Positions 1 to 8,138 of a stretch of DNA of 32,000 nucleotides are shown here, piece after piece. Numbering within the stretch: the first letter of the stretch is position 1; each line of letters opens with the position of its first letter. The position numbers and the translations under genes are program-made. The stretch lies in NCBI RefSeq assembly GCF_002075285.3, contig NZ_CP021983.2, positions 840,001 through 872,000 of the forward strand. The letters run 5' to 3'. The stretch is from Halomicronema hongdechloris C2206. GTDB taxonomy: Bacteria > Cyanobacteriota > Cyanobacteriia > Phormidesmidales > Phormidesmidaceae. Under the pieces are notes generated by a model. It was not told the origin of the DNA, searched no databases, and was given only the letters and a program-made list of their open reading frames with translations.

Positions 1-179
1 AGCATAGTGCCGACGAGGGCTTCGGTTAAGGCCACATCGGCGGCACCGAAGAGGGCATACACTAGGGCCGCCACCGCCCCTAAAATGCCGCGGATGACTA
101 ACCCGTGGTAAGGATTGGTCTGGGTGACTAACATGCCAGCGGTTAGGGGCAGCAGTAGGACAATGGCCACCATGTACAT
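1..179 (-). CDS. Mrp-type Na+/H+ antiporter subunit, DUF4040/MnhB-like (cyanobacterial MrpA-like). Only the 5' part is present; the gene continues past the window start.
   Basis: Reverse-strand translation from the ATG at 179-177 gives MYMVAIVLLLPLTAGMLVTQTNPYHGLVIRGILGAVAALVYALFGAADVALTEALVGT. This is hydrophobic and resembles the DUF4040 segment of MrpA/MnhB as I remember it. It starts 5 nt after the mrpG-like stop on the same strand. Confidence 0.55.
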   Translation of the reverse strand, partial: MYMVAIVLLLPLTAGMLVTQTNPYHGLVIRGILGAVAALVYALFGAADVALTEALVGTM

Positions 180-183
180 GTCT

Positions 184-462
184 TCAGCCATGATCACCTC
201 CAGCGCTAGAGCAATAGGCCAACACATACCCCAGGACCGTATTCCAGATGGCCAGGGAAATCAGCGCTAACAATAACAGCGGCCATTCCCGCGGAATTTT
301 AAGCAGTAGCCCCACCATAATTGCCATAGACCCTAACGTATCTGACACCGAGAGCGTATGGAGTTTAAATAATACGGAACGATTGCCTAATAGTGGCACA
401 GTTCCCCAAAACCAAAAGGCGATGCCAATTCCAATCAACGCATAGCTGCAGGCATTTATCAT
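184..462 (-). CDS. mrpG: Mrp/Mnh antiporter subunit G
   Basis: 92-aa membrane ORF. The motif LLGNRSVLFKLHTLSVSDTLGS matches the MnhG/PhaG signature (G.lR...y.RlHa..k..tlG). It lies directly after the E and F subunits with overlapping stop/start codons. Confidence 0.7.
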   Translation of the reverse strand: MINACSYALIGIGIAFWFWGTVPLLGNRSVLFKLHTLSVSDTLGSMAIMVGLLLKIPREWPLLLLALISLAIWNTVLGYVLAYCSSAGGDHG

Positions 463-764
463 ACTTCATTCATCCGCCTAATAATATGAGCCAGTAGCAT
501 TAAGGCCGCGTTACCAACGCTTAAAATCAAGACACCGACCACCCCAATCATCCAATCGTCGCGCAGCACAGAGACCACCAAAATCATGATGGACGTTTTG
601 GTGGCAATACTGGCGAAGGCCAATATTTTTTGCCAGGCGTTATTATCTTGCCAGGCCTCATAAATCGGAATCATTAAGGCAATCACCATTACCGAGAGGA
701 GCCAGTTCATCAAGTCTATTATCTCCATTTTGGGATTACCGTCGGCGTAGTCGATGCACCTCAT
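459..764 (-). CDS. mrpF: Mrp/Mnh antiporter subunit F. The start may instead be the ATG at 728.
   Basis: Roughly 90-100-aa protein with 3 TM segments, placed between the E and G subunits. Called from size, hydrophobicity and gene order. The ATG at 726-728 lies 7 nt after the mrpE stop and removes the overlap. Confidence 0.6.
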   Translation of the reverse strand: MRCIDYADGNPKMEIIDLMNWLLSVMVIALMIPIYEAWQDNNAWQKILAFASIATKTSIMILVVSVLRDDWMIGVVGVLILSVGNAALMLLAHIIRRMNEV

Positions 765-1116
765 ACCACCCTTCCTGGTGATAATTCACGGCGATGGTTT
801 TCGGAGTAAAGGTAATCAATAAAATATCCAGAAAAACGAGACCAGGACTGCGATTTGGCCGTACTCGCTCTTGAGTAAACTCTTCGCGAGTATGAGGGAA
901 AATCACCATCTCAATGGCTTCTATATAGGCCTTAGGAATGGCCACTAAGATGCGGCCAATAATGTGGAGCCAATCCCTAAGCACAGGGGTTGGCACGGGG
1001 TGCCTAGGCAATAATAAGGCGACACCAGTGCCAATGCCAATATTGGCTAAGCTGATATCGGATGTTAACAGCAGCCAAATGGTCAACCGTAATATCAGAT
1101 CTAGACATCTAATCAT
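736..1116 (-). CDS. mrpE: Mrp/Mnh antiporter subunit E
   Basis: 126-aa ORF whose start overlaps the mrpD stop by 4 nt. It has an N-terminal TM pair followed by a soluble C-terminal part. Position and size fit MnhE. Confidence 0.6.
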   Translation of the reverse strand: MIRCLDLILRLTIWLLLTSDISLANIGIGTGVALLLPRHPVPTPVLRDWLHIIGRILVAIPKAYIEAIEMVIFPHTREEFTQERVRPNRSPGLVFLDILLITFTPKTIAVNYHQEGWYEVHRLRRR

Positions 1117-2546
1117 GCCAGCACCATCCAGAATAGGGCTATTATCACTAAGCTCATGGCTCCGATCAAATGCTCAAACTCTTCTAGCACACGCGGCAAC
1201 TTCAGCGTCGTTCTTTGCAAGACAGCACCATAGGCCAACCAACCGATAAGAATCGTGAGCAGAGGCTTGACAAGATTGGTCAGGGTGTAGACTTCGGAAT
1301 GCACAGAATTAGCAATTATCAAGCCCCCTAGCAACACAATTATTGCCATCCAGAAACCAGATTTCACTGGGGCTTTAGTCTCGTCACCATGGGGTAGAAA
1401 GATAAATTTTGCAAATAAAATCGCCGTGCCTAAGGCGGCCAAATTCATGGCAATGACCTGCCAAGATACTAAACTCTTCATGGTCAGCACCTTGGCGCCG
1501 AAGCCGGATAATAGGGGAAACCCTGAGATCGAGAGACTAGCGATGACAAGCGCTATCCAGATTGAGGTCGGGATCCTCTGTTGCTGTAGTTGCTTCAGGT
1601 TGCGATTGGGTAAATTGCCGACAGTCAGAAACAAGGCCGCCTTAACTAGGCCATGGGTCAGGGCATAAAATCCTGCCGCCGCTGGTGCCGCTAAAACAAA
1701 CCCCATTTGAGAGATGGTACTAAGGGCCAGCATGCGCTTGGTATCGCTCTCAAAGATGGCATAGCCGATTCCTAATAGTGCCGTGGCTACACCAAATAGA
1801 CGCACGATGGGGGCGATGCTGTCAACCATCAGAGCACACCGGACTAGGGGGAAGACACCGGCCTTAATCACGACGCCCGATAGTAATGCTGACACTGGCG
1901 TTGCTGATTCGGAGTGGGTCAACGGCAACCACAGCCCTGAGATAAAAATCCCGCCTTTAGTCAGCAGCCCCAGCATGATGAGGGCAGTGGCTTCGGTGGG
2001 CGCGGATTGCAATCCAGCGAAGCCAAAGGATTGGTTGCCCTGATAGACCAGCACCGCCCCAATCAGGTAAAATAGCATGGCTGTATTGCTGACAAAGAGA
2101 TAGCGTAGACCCACCCAAATTGAGCGGTCGCTACGGGGATAGGCAATTAAGAGGAATGCGGCAATACTAATGACCTCCAGGGCCACGTATAAACTAATAA
2201 AATCAGCACAGATAAAGGCCGCATTGACGCTGCCGTGCAGGATGATTATCTGGGTATAAAAGAAAGCTGATTTGTCACTGGACCAGCAGTAGAGAACGAC
2301 GGCTATCGTGACCAGGGCATTGGTGACGATAAAAAAGCCACTCAGGGAATCGACAGTTAGCGTTACCCCAGCCTGATCGAGTAACTCCAGAGTGAGTGAG
2401 GCTGGAGCCAATAAGTGCCGTAAGCCATACCCTAGGGATACTAGGGTAACTGCGAGGGCAAGATGGCGAATGAGCTTAGGTAGGAGATATCCGCCGAATC
2501 CCAAGAATAATGGTAGGCAAATCCAGGCGACGGTGAAGGTGCTCAT
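1113..2546 (-). CDS. mrpD: Mrp/Mnh antiporter subunit D (NuoN/NuoM-like proton-conducting membrane transporter)
   Basis: 477-aa polytopic ORF with Proton_antipo_M-like stretches (HGSVNAAFICADFISLYVALEVISIAAFLLIA; THSESATPVSALLSGVVIKAGVF; STISQMGFV). It overlaps both mrpC and mrpE by 4 nt. Confidence 0.9.
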   Translation of the reverse strand: MSTFTVAWICLPLFLGFGGYLLPKLIRHLALAVTLVSLGYGLRHLLAPASLTLELLDQAGVTLTVDSLSGFFIVTNALVTIAVVLYCWSSDKSAFFYTQIIILHGSVNAAFICADFISLYVALEVISIAAFLLIAYPRSDRSIWVGLRYLFVSNTAMLFYLIGAVLVYQGNQSFGFAGLQSAPTEATALIMLGLLTKGGIFISGLWLPLTHSESATPVSALLSGVVIKAGVFPLVRCALMVDSIAPIVRLFGVATALLGIGYAIFESDTKRMLALSTISQMGFVLAAPAAAGFYALTHGLVKAALFLTVGNLPNRNLKQLQQQRIPTSIWIALVIASLSISGFPLLSGFGAKVLTMKSLVSWQVIAMNLAALGTAILFAKFIFLPHGDETKAPVKSGFWMAIIVLLGGLIIANSVHSEVYTLTNLVKPLLTILIGWLAYGAVLQRTTLKLPRVLEEFEHLIGAMSLVIIALFWMVLA

Positions 2547-2884
2547 GGTGTGTTATTTTTCTCGATCTCATGGCTCTCTAGGGTGGGGTTATCCCGGGAT
2601 AATTTCATCACCCCCACTAGCATCAGCGCCTGAATTGAAAACCCAATGACGATCGCAGTCAAAATGACGGCTTGAGGGACCGGATCGGCATAGGTCCGGG
2701 ATGGAGCCTCTGACATGATTGGTGTGAAGGAACCTCCATGGGCTGCGACGAGTACGTAATAGGCAATTACGCCAGTACTCATGACGTCCATGGAGATGAT
2801 TTTCATCATTAGATTCTTTTTCAGAATAATGCCAAAAAAGCCACAGAAGACTGTGGCAAAGATACACGCTTCTAAACTAGACAT
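2543..2884 (-). CDS. mrpC: Mrp/Mnh antiporter subunit C (NuoK-like)
   Basis: 113-aa ORF with 3 TM segments (ISMDVMSTGVIAYYVLVA; QAVILTAIVIGFSIQALMLV), typical of MnhC/NuoK. It is first in the C-D-E-F-G order. Confidence 0.8.
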   Translation of the reverse strand: MSSLEACIFATVFCGFFGIILKKNLMMKIISMDVMSTGVIAYYVLVAAHGGSFTPIMSEAPSRTYADPVPQAVILTAIVIGFSIQALMLVGVMKLSRDNPTLESHEIEKNNTP

Positions 2885-2965
2885 CGTGATTACTCGTAGC
2901 TTGACGGCTAGGCAGCCAATAACATGGCTTTACCATGCCCCCACTATTGGCCTTTCTAGATAATT

Positions 2966-4372
2966 TTAGTCAGCGGCAGGCATGGTGGCCGGGGCAGAGC
3001 CTGACTGGGTTTTCAGGGCCCGTTGCAATAGGGGCGGCGCCAGGAATGTGGTCAGAATTACCATGACGATAATGCCGGCTTCTAAAGGTCTATCTAGAAC
3101 ACCACTGGCGGAGCCAATGCCGGCAAAGACTAAGCCCACTTCACCCCGGGGCACCATGCCCACCCCGATGGCTAGGCGATTAATGCCCGGCTGGCCAAAG
3201 ACAGCCCAGCCGGTGACCACTTTGCCCAGGATAGCAACGGCGATGAGGAAGGTGGCGATGATCAACCCGGCTCGATTCTCGGCCACGGCTGGGTTCAGCA
3301 CGCTCAGATCGGCCTTGGCACCGACGGTGACGAAGAAGATTGGCACTAGGATGTCGGCGACCGGCATGACTTGCTGATCGAGTTCTTTACGCTGATCGGT
3401 TTCATCGAGGACCAATCCAGCGGCGAAGGCACCGAGAATGGCTTCCAGATGGATGGTGTTGGCTAACACGGCCATGACGAGGGCAAAACTGATGGCCGGA
3501 ATTAGCAGGGCTCCTCGGGTTTGTAACTGGGTTGCGATCGCAACAAAGCTTTGGTTAATCACCTTACCCAGCAGAATTGCCCCTAGTAAAAAGGCGCTGG
3601 CACTGACGATCAGATAGACCACATTGAGCAGATCCACCTCACCCGTTTTCGCCAGACTAGCCACCACAGCCAGGACAATGATGCCCAACACATCATCAAT
3701 GACAGCGGCCCCGACAATGATTTGGCCTTCCGTCGACTTCAAATGCCCTAACTCTGAGAGCACCTTCGAGGTGATGCCAATGCTAGTAGCCGTCAGGGCA
3801 GCTCCGGCAAATACTGCCGGAATCGTCGGCACATGAAACAGCGCAATCAGGCCGATAGTCCCTAATGCTAACGGAACAACAACCCCAACAATCGCCACCA
3901 CCGCCGCCTGATACCCCACCTTACCGAGTTCTCGTAAATCAGACTCCAGGCCAATTTCAAACAGCAACACCATTACCCCTAACTCAGCCAGCACCGAGAT
4001 CACCTCACTCTGGCTCTGAAAGATATGGGTTGCAGCTGTCGCATCCAGATGCCCCAACCATTGCAACCCACTCATCAGCACGGAGTCAGCTGCCGTCGCT
4101 CCCGTTTCAGGAAACACCAGTAGGTGAAGGGCCGAGATACCGACGACAACACCACCAACCAATTCCCCTAATACCGGCGGCAACTCTAGGCGTTTCGAGA
4201 GCTCGCCCCCGAGCTTACTCATGGTGTAGATGACAATCAGCGTCAGTAGTACCCCAGTCAGGATAAAGGGGCCATACTCTGCCTCGGGCGTCGTGGCTAA
4301 CAGAGCCGACTGCGAAGGCCAAATATCGATCCAGGTTCCTGGAGGAAGATGAGAAAACACATTAGATAGCAT
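2966..4372 (-). CDS. CPA2-family cation:proton antiporter (NhaS3-like Na+/H+ exchanger)
   Basis: 468-aa polytopic ORF. LPPVLGELVGGVVVGISAL near the N-terminus and an IDDVLGIIVLAVV-type segment are Na_H_Exchanger/Kef-like signatures. It sits between bicA and mrpC on the same strand. Confidence 0.85.
   Translation of the reverse strand: MLSNVFSHLPPGTWIDIWPSQSALLATTPEAEYGPFILTGVLLTLIVIYTMSKLGGELSKRLELPPVLGELVGGVVVGISALHLLVFPETGATAADSVLMSGLQWLGHLDATAATHIFQSQSEVISVLAELGVMVLLFEIGLESDLRELGKVGYQAAVVAIVGVVVPLALGTIGLIALFHVPTIPAVFAGAALTATSIGITSKVLSELGHLKSTEGQIIVGAAVIDDVLGIIVLAVVASLAKTGEVDLLNVVYLIVSASAFLLGAILLGKVINQSFVAIATQLQTRGALLIPAISFALVMAVLANTIHLEAILGAFAAGLVLDETDQRKELDQQVMPVADILVPIFFVTVGAKADLSVLNPAVAENRAGLIIATFLIAVAILGKVVTGWAVFGQPGINRLAIGVGMVPRGEVGLVFAGIGSASGVLDRPLEAGIIVMVILTTFLAPPLLQRALKTQSGSAPATMPAAD
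3534..3541. repeat. HIP1 (highly iterated palindrome GCGATCGC), one of 15 copies in the window
   Basis: Exact copies start at 3534, 6718, 8806, 12725, 14580, 16183, 19623, 22200, 23327, 24276, 25370, 25719, 25934, 26290 and 26497. Fewer than 1 copy is expected by chance for an 8-mer in 32 kb. Confidence 0.95.
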
Positions 4373-4470
4373 GATCGACTGTCTCTAAGCATCAACAGAT
4401 TGAGGTTCAAAGATGAAATAGTGATGAAAAGTCCTTCTTAACCGCACCACTCCTGAGCCGAGCAGCAGCT

Positions 4471-4704
4471 TCACCTCCCTTGAATGAATGAGGACCTGAA
4501 CTGCAACCACCCCATGACTAAGAGAGCTAGGGAGAGAGGAACGGCGGTGGGAGCCATCACTAACCCCCAGAGCGCACTCAGGAAAGCTGTACTAAACAGA
4601 GCCAAACCGTATATCTCATCAACGGTGTGCAGATACCTACCAAAGGTGGTCAAGACTAAGGCAATAATTAGCCAGATAAACCAGATCATCATATCCGCCC
4701 ACAT
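4471..4704 (-). CDS. Small 2-3-TM membrane protein of unknown function
   Basis: 77-aa hydrophobic ORF. Its ATG (4702-4704) lies only 6 nt after the bicA stop (4711-4713), suggesting co-translation. No family recognised. Confidence 0.4.
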   Translation of the reverse strand: MWADMMIWFIWLIIALVLTTFGRYLHTVDEIYGLALFSTAFLSALWGLVMAPTAVPLSLALLVMGWLQFRSSFIQGR

Positions 4705-4710
4705 CGATGC

Positions 4711-6399
4711 TTAAACTGTGGTCGAGGTACCCAGGTCTGGAGCTGGCCGGGAGCTAGGGAACACCGTTGTAACCGCTTGCCTCAGCGCTTCGCCGCGATC
4801 CATATACTGATGGTGAGGCGGCACCAAATTGAACACATCCAGGCTTTTTAACCGTCGCCGAGTCTGTCCCGCCGCCCCCACAATAAAGACCTGTCGTCCT
4901 TTATCAGCAGCCTCTTGAATGGCATTTTCCAAGGCCAGAGAAGCCGTGACCCCCAGGTGTGGCACATCGCTCAGGTCAAACACGATGGCATCACAGTCAC
5001 CAATGGCATTGTGCTCTCGAGAAATGGCCTTAGCTACCCCGAAGATCATGGGACCACTCAATTGAAATAGCAGCACCCGACCATTGGCCTCATCCAGCCA
5101 ACGCTTTTCCTCCGGATTCAGGCGAATGGCATCATCGGCATCGGTAATCGTCTGCACAGACTCTGCCTGCAGGGCACTCATACGCTCGATGGTCAAGATA
5201 TTGGCCACAAACACACCGATGCCCACGGCGGCAATCAGGTCTACCAGCACCGTCAGCAGAATCACGCCATACATAATCAGGGCGCCCTTGATCGAGACCT
5301 GATGAGCTCGCTTCAAGAAGCCCCAGTCAATGATGTCAATCCCCACCTTCAGAGCAATCCCGGCCAGCACTGCCAGAGGAATCGTAGCCGCCAAGTTGGC
5401 TGCTCCTAAAATCACCACCAGCAAGACACCCGCCCGGGTTAGGCCAGAAAGGGCTGTCCTACCCCCGGTTTGAATGTTCACTACTGTGCCCATGGTGGCC
5501 CCAGCCCCGGCGATGCCGCCGAACAGACCGGACATCAAGTTGCCCAACCCTTGCCCAATTAACTCTTTGTTGGAGTTGTGCTCGGTGCGGGTCAAGCTAT
5601 CGGCGACCAAGGAGGTCAGCAGGGCATCGATACAGCCCAGCATGCCTAGCACTGCCGCATCCACGAACATCAACTGCAGCTGATCGACGCTGAAGGTGGG
5701 AATCTGCATGGCCGGGAAACCCGCCGGAATTTCACCAATGCGACGAATGTCGAGCTCTGGAAACAGCAGCAACGACAACACCGTCCCGGCAATCAACGCC
5801 ACTAACTGGGGGGGCACCAGCCGCTTAAATTTGGCCGGCATGAACCAGATGATGGCGACTGTGACGGCGGCCAATAGGGTTTCCGCCGGTTGAATGTTTG
5901 CCAGCAAGTCCGGGATGGCTTGCAGGGTTCCTACCACTCCTCCGGAGGGGCTGGCCTGTCCCAGAAATGGAGCCAGCTGCAAAATAATTAGAATGATGCC
6001 AATCCCCGACATAAAGCCGGAAATTACCGTATAGGGCATCATGGTGACGTATTTACCCAGCCGCAGCGAGCCAAAAATGATCTGAAAGATCCCGGCCATC
6101 ATCACGACGGTGAAGGCCATGGCCATGCCATTTTCAGGATTACTGGCGGTGAGGTTGGCAATTACCGCTGTCATCACCACCGTCATGGGACCGGTCGGTT
6201 CCGAAATTAGAGTCGGCGTGCCCCCAAATAGGGCGGCAAAGAAGCCGACCAAAACGGCTCCCCATAGCCCTGACGCCGCTCCCGCCCCAGAGGCTACCCC
6301 GAAGGCCAGGGCCATGGGTAAGGCAATGATGGCTGCCGTAACCCCCCCGAAGATGTCCCCCCGGAGGTTGCGAAAATGAATTCTATTGGTCAGTTGCAT
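4711..6399 (-). CDS. bicA: SulP-family Na+-dependent bicarbonate transporter BicA (with C-terminal STAS domain)
   Basis: The N-terminus MQLTNRIHFRNLRGDIFGGVTAAIIALPMALAFGVASGAGAASGLWGAVLVGFFAALFGGTPTLISEPTGPMTVVMTAVIA is nearly identical to the Synechococcus PCC 7002 BicA N-terminus as I remember it. At 562 aa it has a SulP core plus a STAS tail (LLFQLSGPMIFG). Confidence 0.9.
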   Translation of the reverse strand: MQLTNRIHFRNLRGDIFGGVTAAIIALPMALAFGVASGAGAASGLWGAVLVGFFAALFGGTPTLISEPTGPMTVVMTAVIANLTASNPENGMAMAFTVVMMAGIFQIIFGSLRLGKYVTMMPYTVISGFMSGIGIILIILQLAPFLGQASPSGGVVGTLQAIPDLLANIQPAETLLAAVTVAIIWFMPAKFKRLVPPQLVALIAGTVLSLLLFPELDIRRIGEIPAGFPAMQIPTFSVDQLQLMFVDAAVLGMLGCIDALLTSLVADSLTRTEHNSNKELIGQGLGNLMSGLFGGIAGAGATMGTVVNIQTGGRTALSGLTRAGVLLVVILGAANLAATIPLAVLAGIALKVGIDIIDWGFLKRAHQVSIKGALIMYGVILLTVLVDLIAAVGIGVFVANILTIERMSALQAESVQTITDADDAIRLNPEEKRWLDEANGRVLLFQLSGPMIFGVAKAISREHNAIGDCDAIVFDLSDVPHLGVTASLALENAIQEAADKGRQVFIVGAAGQTRRRLKSLDVFNLVPPHHQYMDRGEALRQAVTTVFPSSRPAPDLGTSTTV

Positions 6400-6598
6400 G
6401 GCTAGATTCCCTGCCTAACTGGATGAAGTCGCTGATATGTGACTAATGAAGTAGTCAACTCCCCTTGAGATTGCTAGTGCAGACCCCACCGAGAACATCC
6501 ATTAGTTGATCAATCAGAGCTGCAGGCACCAACACCTACCTCTGTAGGAGCATGGGAGTTGAGACCAGGCAATATAGATTCAAGTAAATCATAAATTG

Positions 6599-6616
6599 CT
6601 CTGTTATTTAACAGAG
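6599..6616. promoter_or_regulatory. Perfect 8-2-8 palindrome CTCTGTTA-TT-TAACAGAG about 200 bp upstream of bicA; candidate transcription-factor operator
   Basis: Read directly from the sequence. It lies in the AT-rich 5' region of the bicA operon. A second palindrome, TTGATCAA, is at 6506-6513. Confidence 0.25.
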
Positions 6617-7057
6617 TCTAATCACAACCTACCCTGAGTCAACCATTAGCTAGGTGATGTTTTTTGATTGAAATAATAGGTTTGGCTTATACTTATCCCT
6701 GATGATTCGCTGGTCTTGCGATCGCAATCGGGCAGTGGGAGCCCCACCATGGCATAGCGACAGTCATCAGAGAGCTAGGAAGCGAGCGTCGACCTCGAAC
6801 TGCAGACGTCGGCATTTAAAATGCGTTGCAGCATGGATGAGGTTTGCTGTCATTTAGGACGTCCATGGTCAAACTATGTCCGGTAGGTGCATCCCTTCGG
6901 GGACCTCGATTAATCAGTTTTCTTTAGCTAATGGCGTCTCATTTGAGACCGTCAAGGTGACTCAAAGAGAGTCCGAGACATTCCACCGAAAAAAGCTTCC
7001 CATTTTGACAAAAAAATAGGGTTGGAAGACCACGTTTAAGTCGATTTCCCGGCTTTA

Positions 7058-8138
7058 GGTCCGATTATCTTGCCAGTTCAGCCGATGCAGCACGTTGGGT
7101 TTCGAGACACACAAACCGCTTCAGGTTATACACCAGATTTTTCAGACCTAGCTGGGTCTGGGCACGGGCTAACCCGATGCTGCGCACCACCTTGCCACCC
7201 ATGCTGGTGACGACATCTCCGAAGATGTGCTCCACTCTGGCACGGGTTTTGGAGCGCTCTCGATTCGCGGTTTTCTGGGCCTCGCTTAAGGGGCGATTGC
7301 GATAGGCCCGTTCATTTATATGCGGCTCAAACCCTATCAATTTCAGCACCTCGACAATCAGCACGGAGAGATACGCACTATCGGCCCAAAGTCCATCGCC
7401 GCTATTATCCGCATCGAGCAACTCGCCCAAGACCTGCGAGTCATGGACCGACGCATCGGTGACGCTGTAACGGCGAATGAGCTTAAAGCCGGCATCACTA
7501 TTGATGTGGTTTTTGTAGCCGTAGTGGGACGTTCCATTTTTCTTCGTCCATCGGGCGTCAACATCTTTTTGCGCGAGCTGATGAGGGGTCTCTTGCCACT
7601 CAACGGGAACCTCACCCTGCTTGAGGGTTTGGTTCTCCTCACGGGTGTTGCGTTGTTTGGGAACTGGAATCAAGGTCGCATCCACAATTTGCCCATCCTT
7701 GGCGGCATAGCCTGCCCCTTGCAGATAGGCTCCAAACTGCTCGAACAACGCCTCCACCAAGCCGTGCTGCTGCAACTGTTCTCGGAAGAGCCACACCGTC
7801 GTTGCATCCGGGACTCTATCCTCAAGCCCCAAACCGAGAAATTGCATGAAGGACAGTCGGTCGTTGACCTGATATTCCAGTTCGTCATCGCTGATGTTGT
7901 ATAGCTTTTGCAGCACCAGCATCTTGAAGAGTAACAGGACATCGGTGGGGTTACGACCGGCCTGGCTTTTGCGCGGTTTCTCTCGAATCTGCATCAGAAT
8001 CGGACGAAAGGTCTCCCACGGCACCAGTTGATTCAACCGATTCAGTACCGCCTTCTTTTGCTCCAGTTTTTGCTGGCGCTCTTCGATATCCCAGAATCCC
8101 TGCTGTCCCATGGCCTGCGTGCTTCAACAAAACCGACC
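7058..8138 (-). mobile_element. IS5-family insertion sequence of about 1.08 kb; boundaries are tentative
   Basis: The transposase ORF fills the element. The candidate imperfect terminal IRs are GGTCCGATTATC (7058-7069) and the reverse complement of 8127-8138, GGTCGGTTTTGT, matching at 8 of 12 positions. They are flanked directly by TTA (7055-7057) and TTA (8139-8141), which fits a 3-bp TNA target duplication. Confidence 0.5.
7065..8111 (-). CDS. IS5-family DDE transposase
   Basis: 348 aa. The N-terminal segment LVPWETFRPIL...GRNPTDVLLLFKMLVLQKLYNISDDELEYQVNDRLSFMQFLGL...PDATTVWLFREQL parallels the IS5 InsH N-terminal domain. A DDE_Tnp_1-like C-terminus is present (WADSAY; RVEHIFG). Confidence 0.9.
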   Translation of the reverse strand: MGQQGFWDIEERQQKLEQKKAVLNRLNQLVPWETFRPILMQIREKPRKSQAGRNPTDVLLLFKMLVLQKLYNISDDELEYQVNDRLSFMQFLGLGLEDRVPDATTVWLFREQLQQHGLVEALFEQFGAYLQGAGYAAKDGQIVDATLIPVPKQRNTREENQTLKQGEVPVEWQETPHQLAQKDVDARWTKKNGTSHYGYKNHINSDAGFKLIRRYSVTDASVHDSQVLGELLDADNSGDGLWADSAYLSVLIVEVLKLIGFEPHINERAYRNRPLSEAQKTANRERSKTRARVEHIFGDVVTSMGGKVVRSIGLARAQTQLGLKNLVYNLKRFVCLETQRAASAELAR

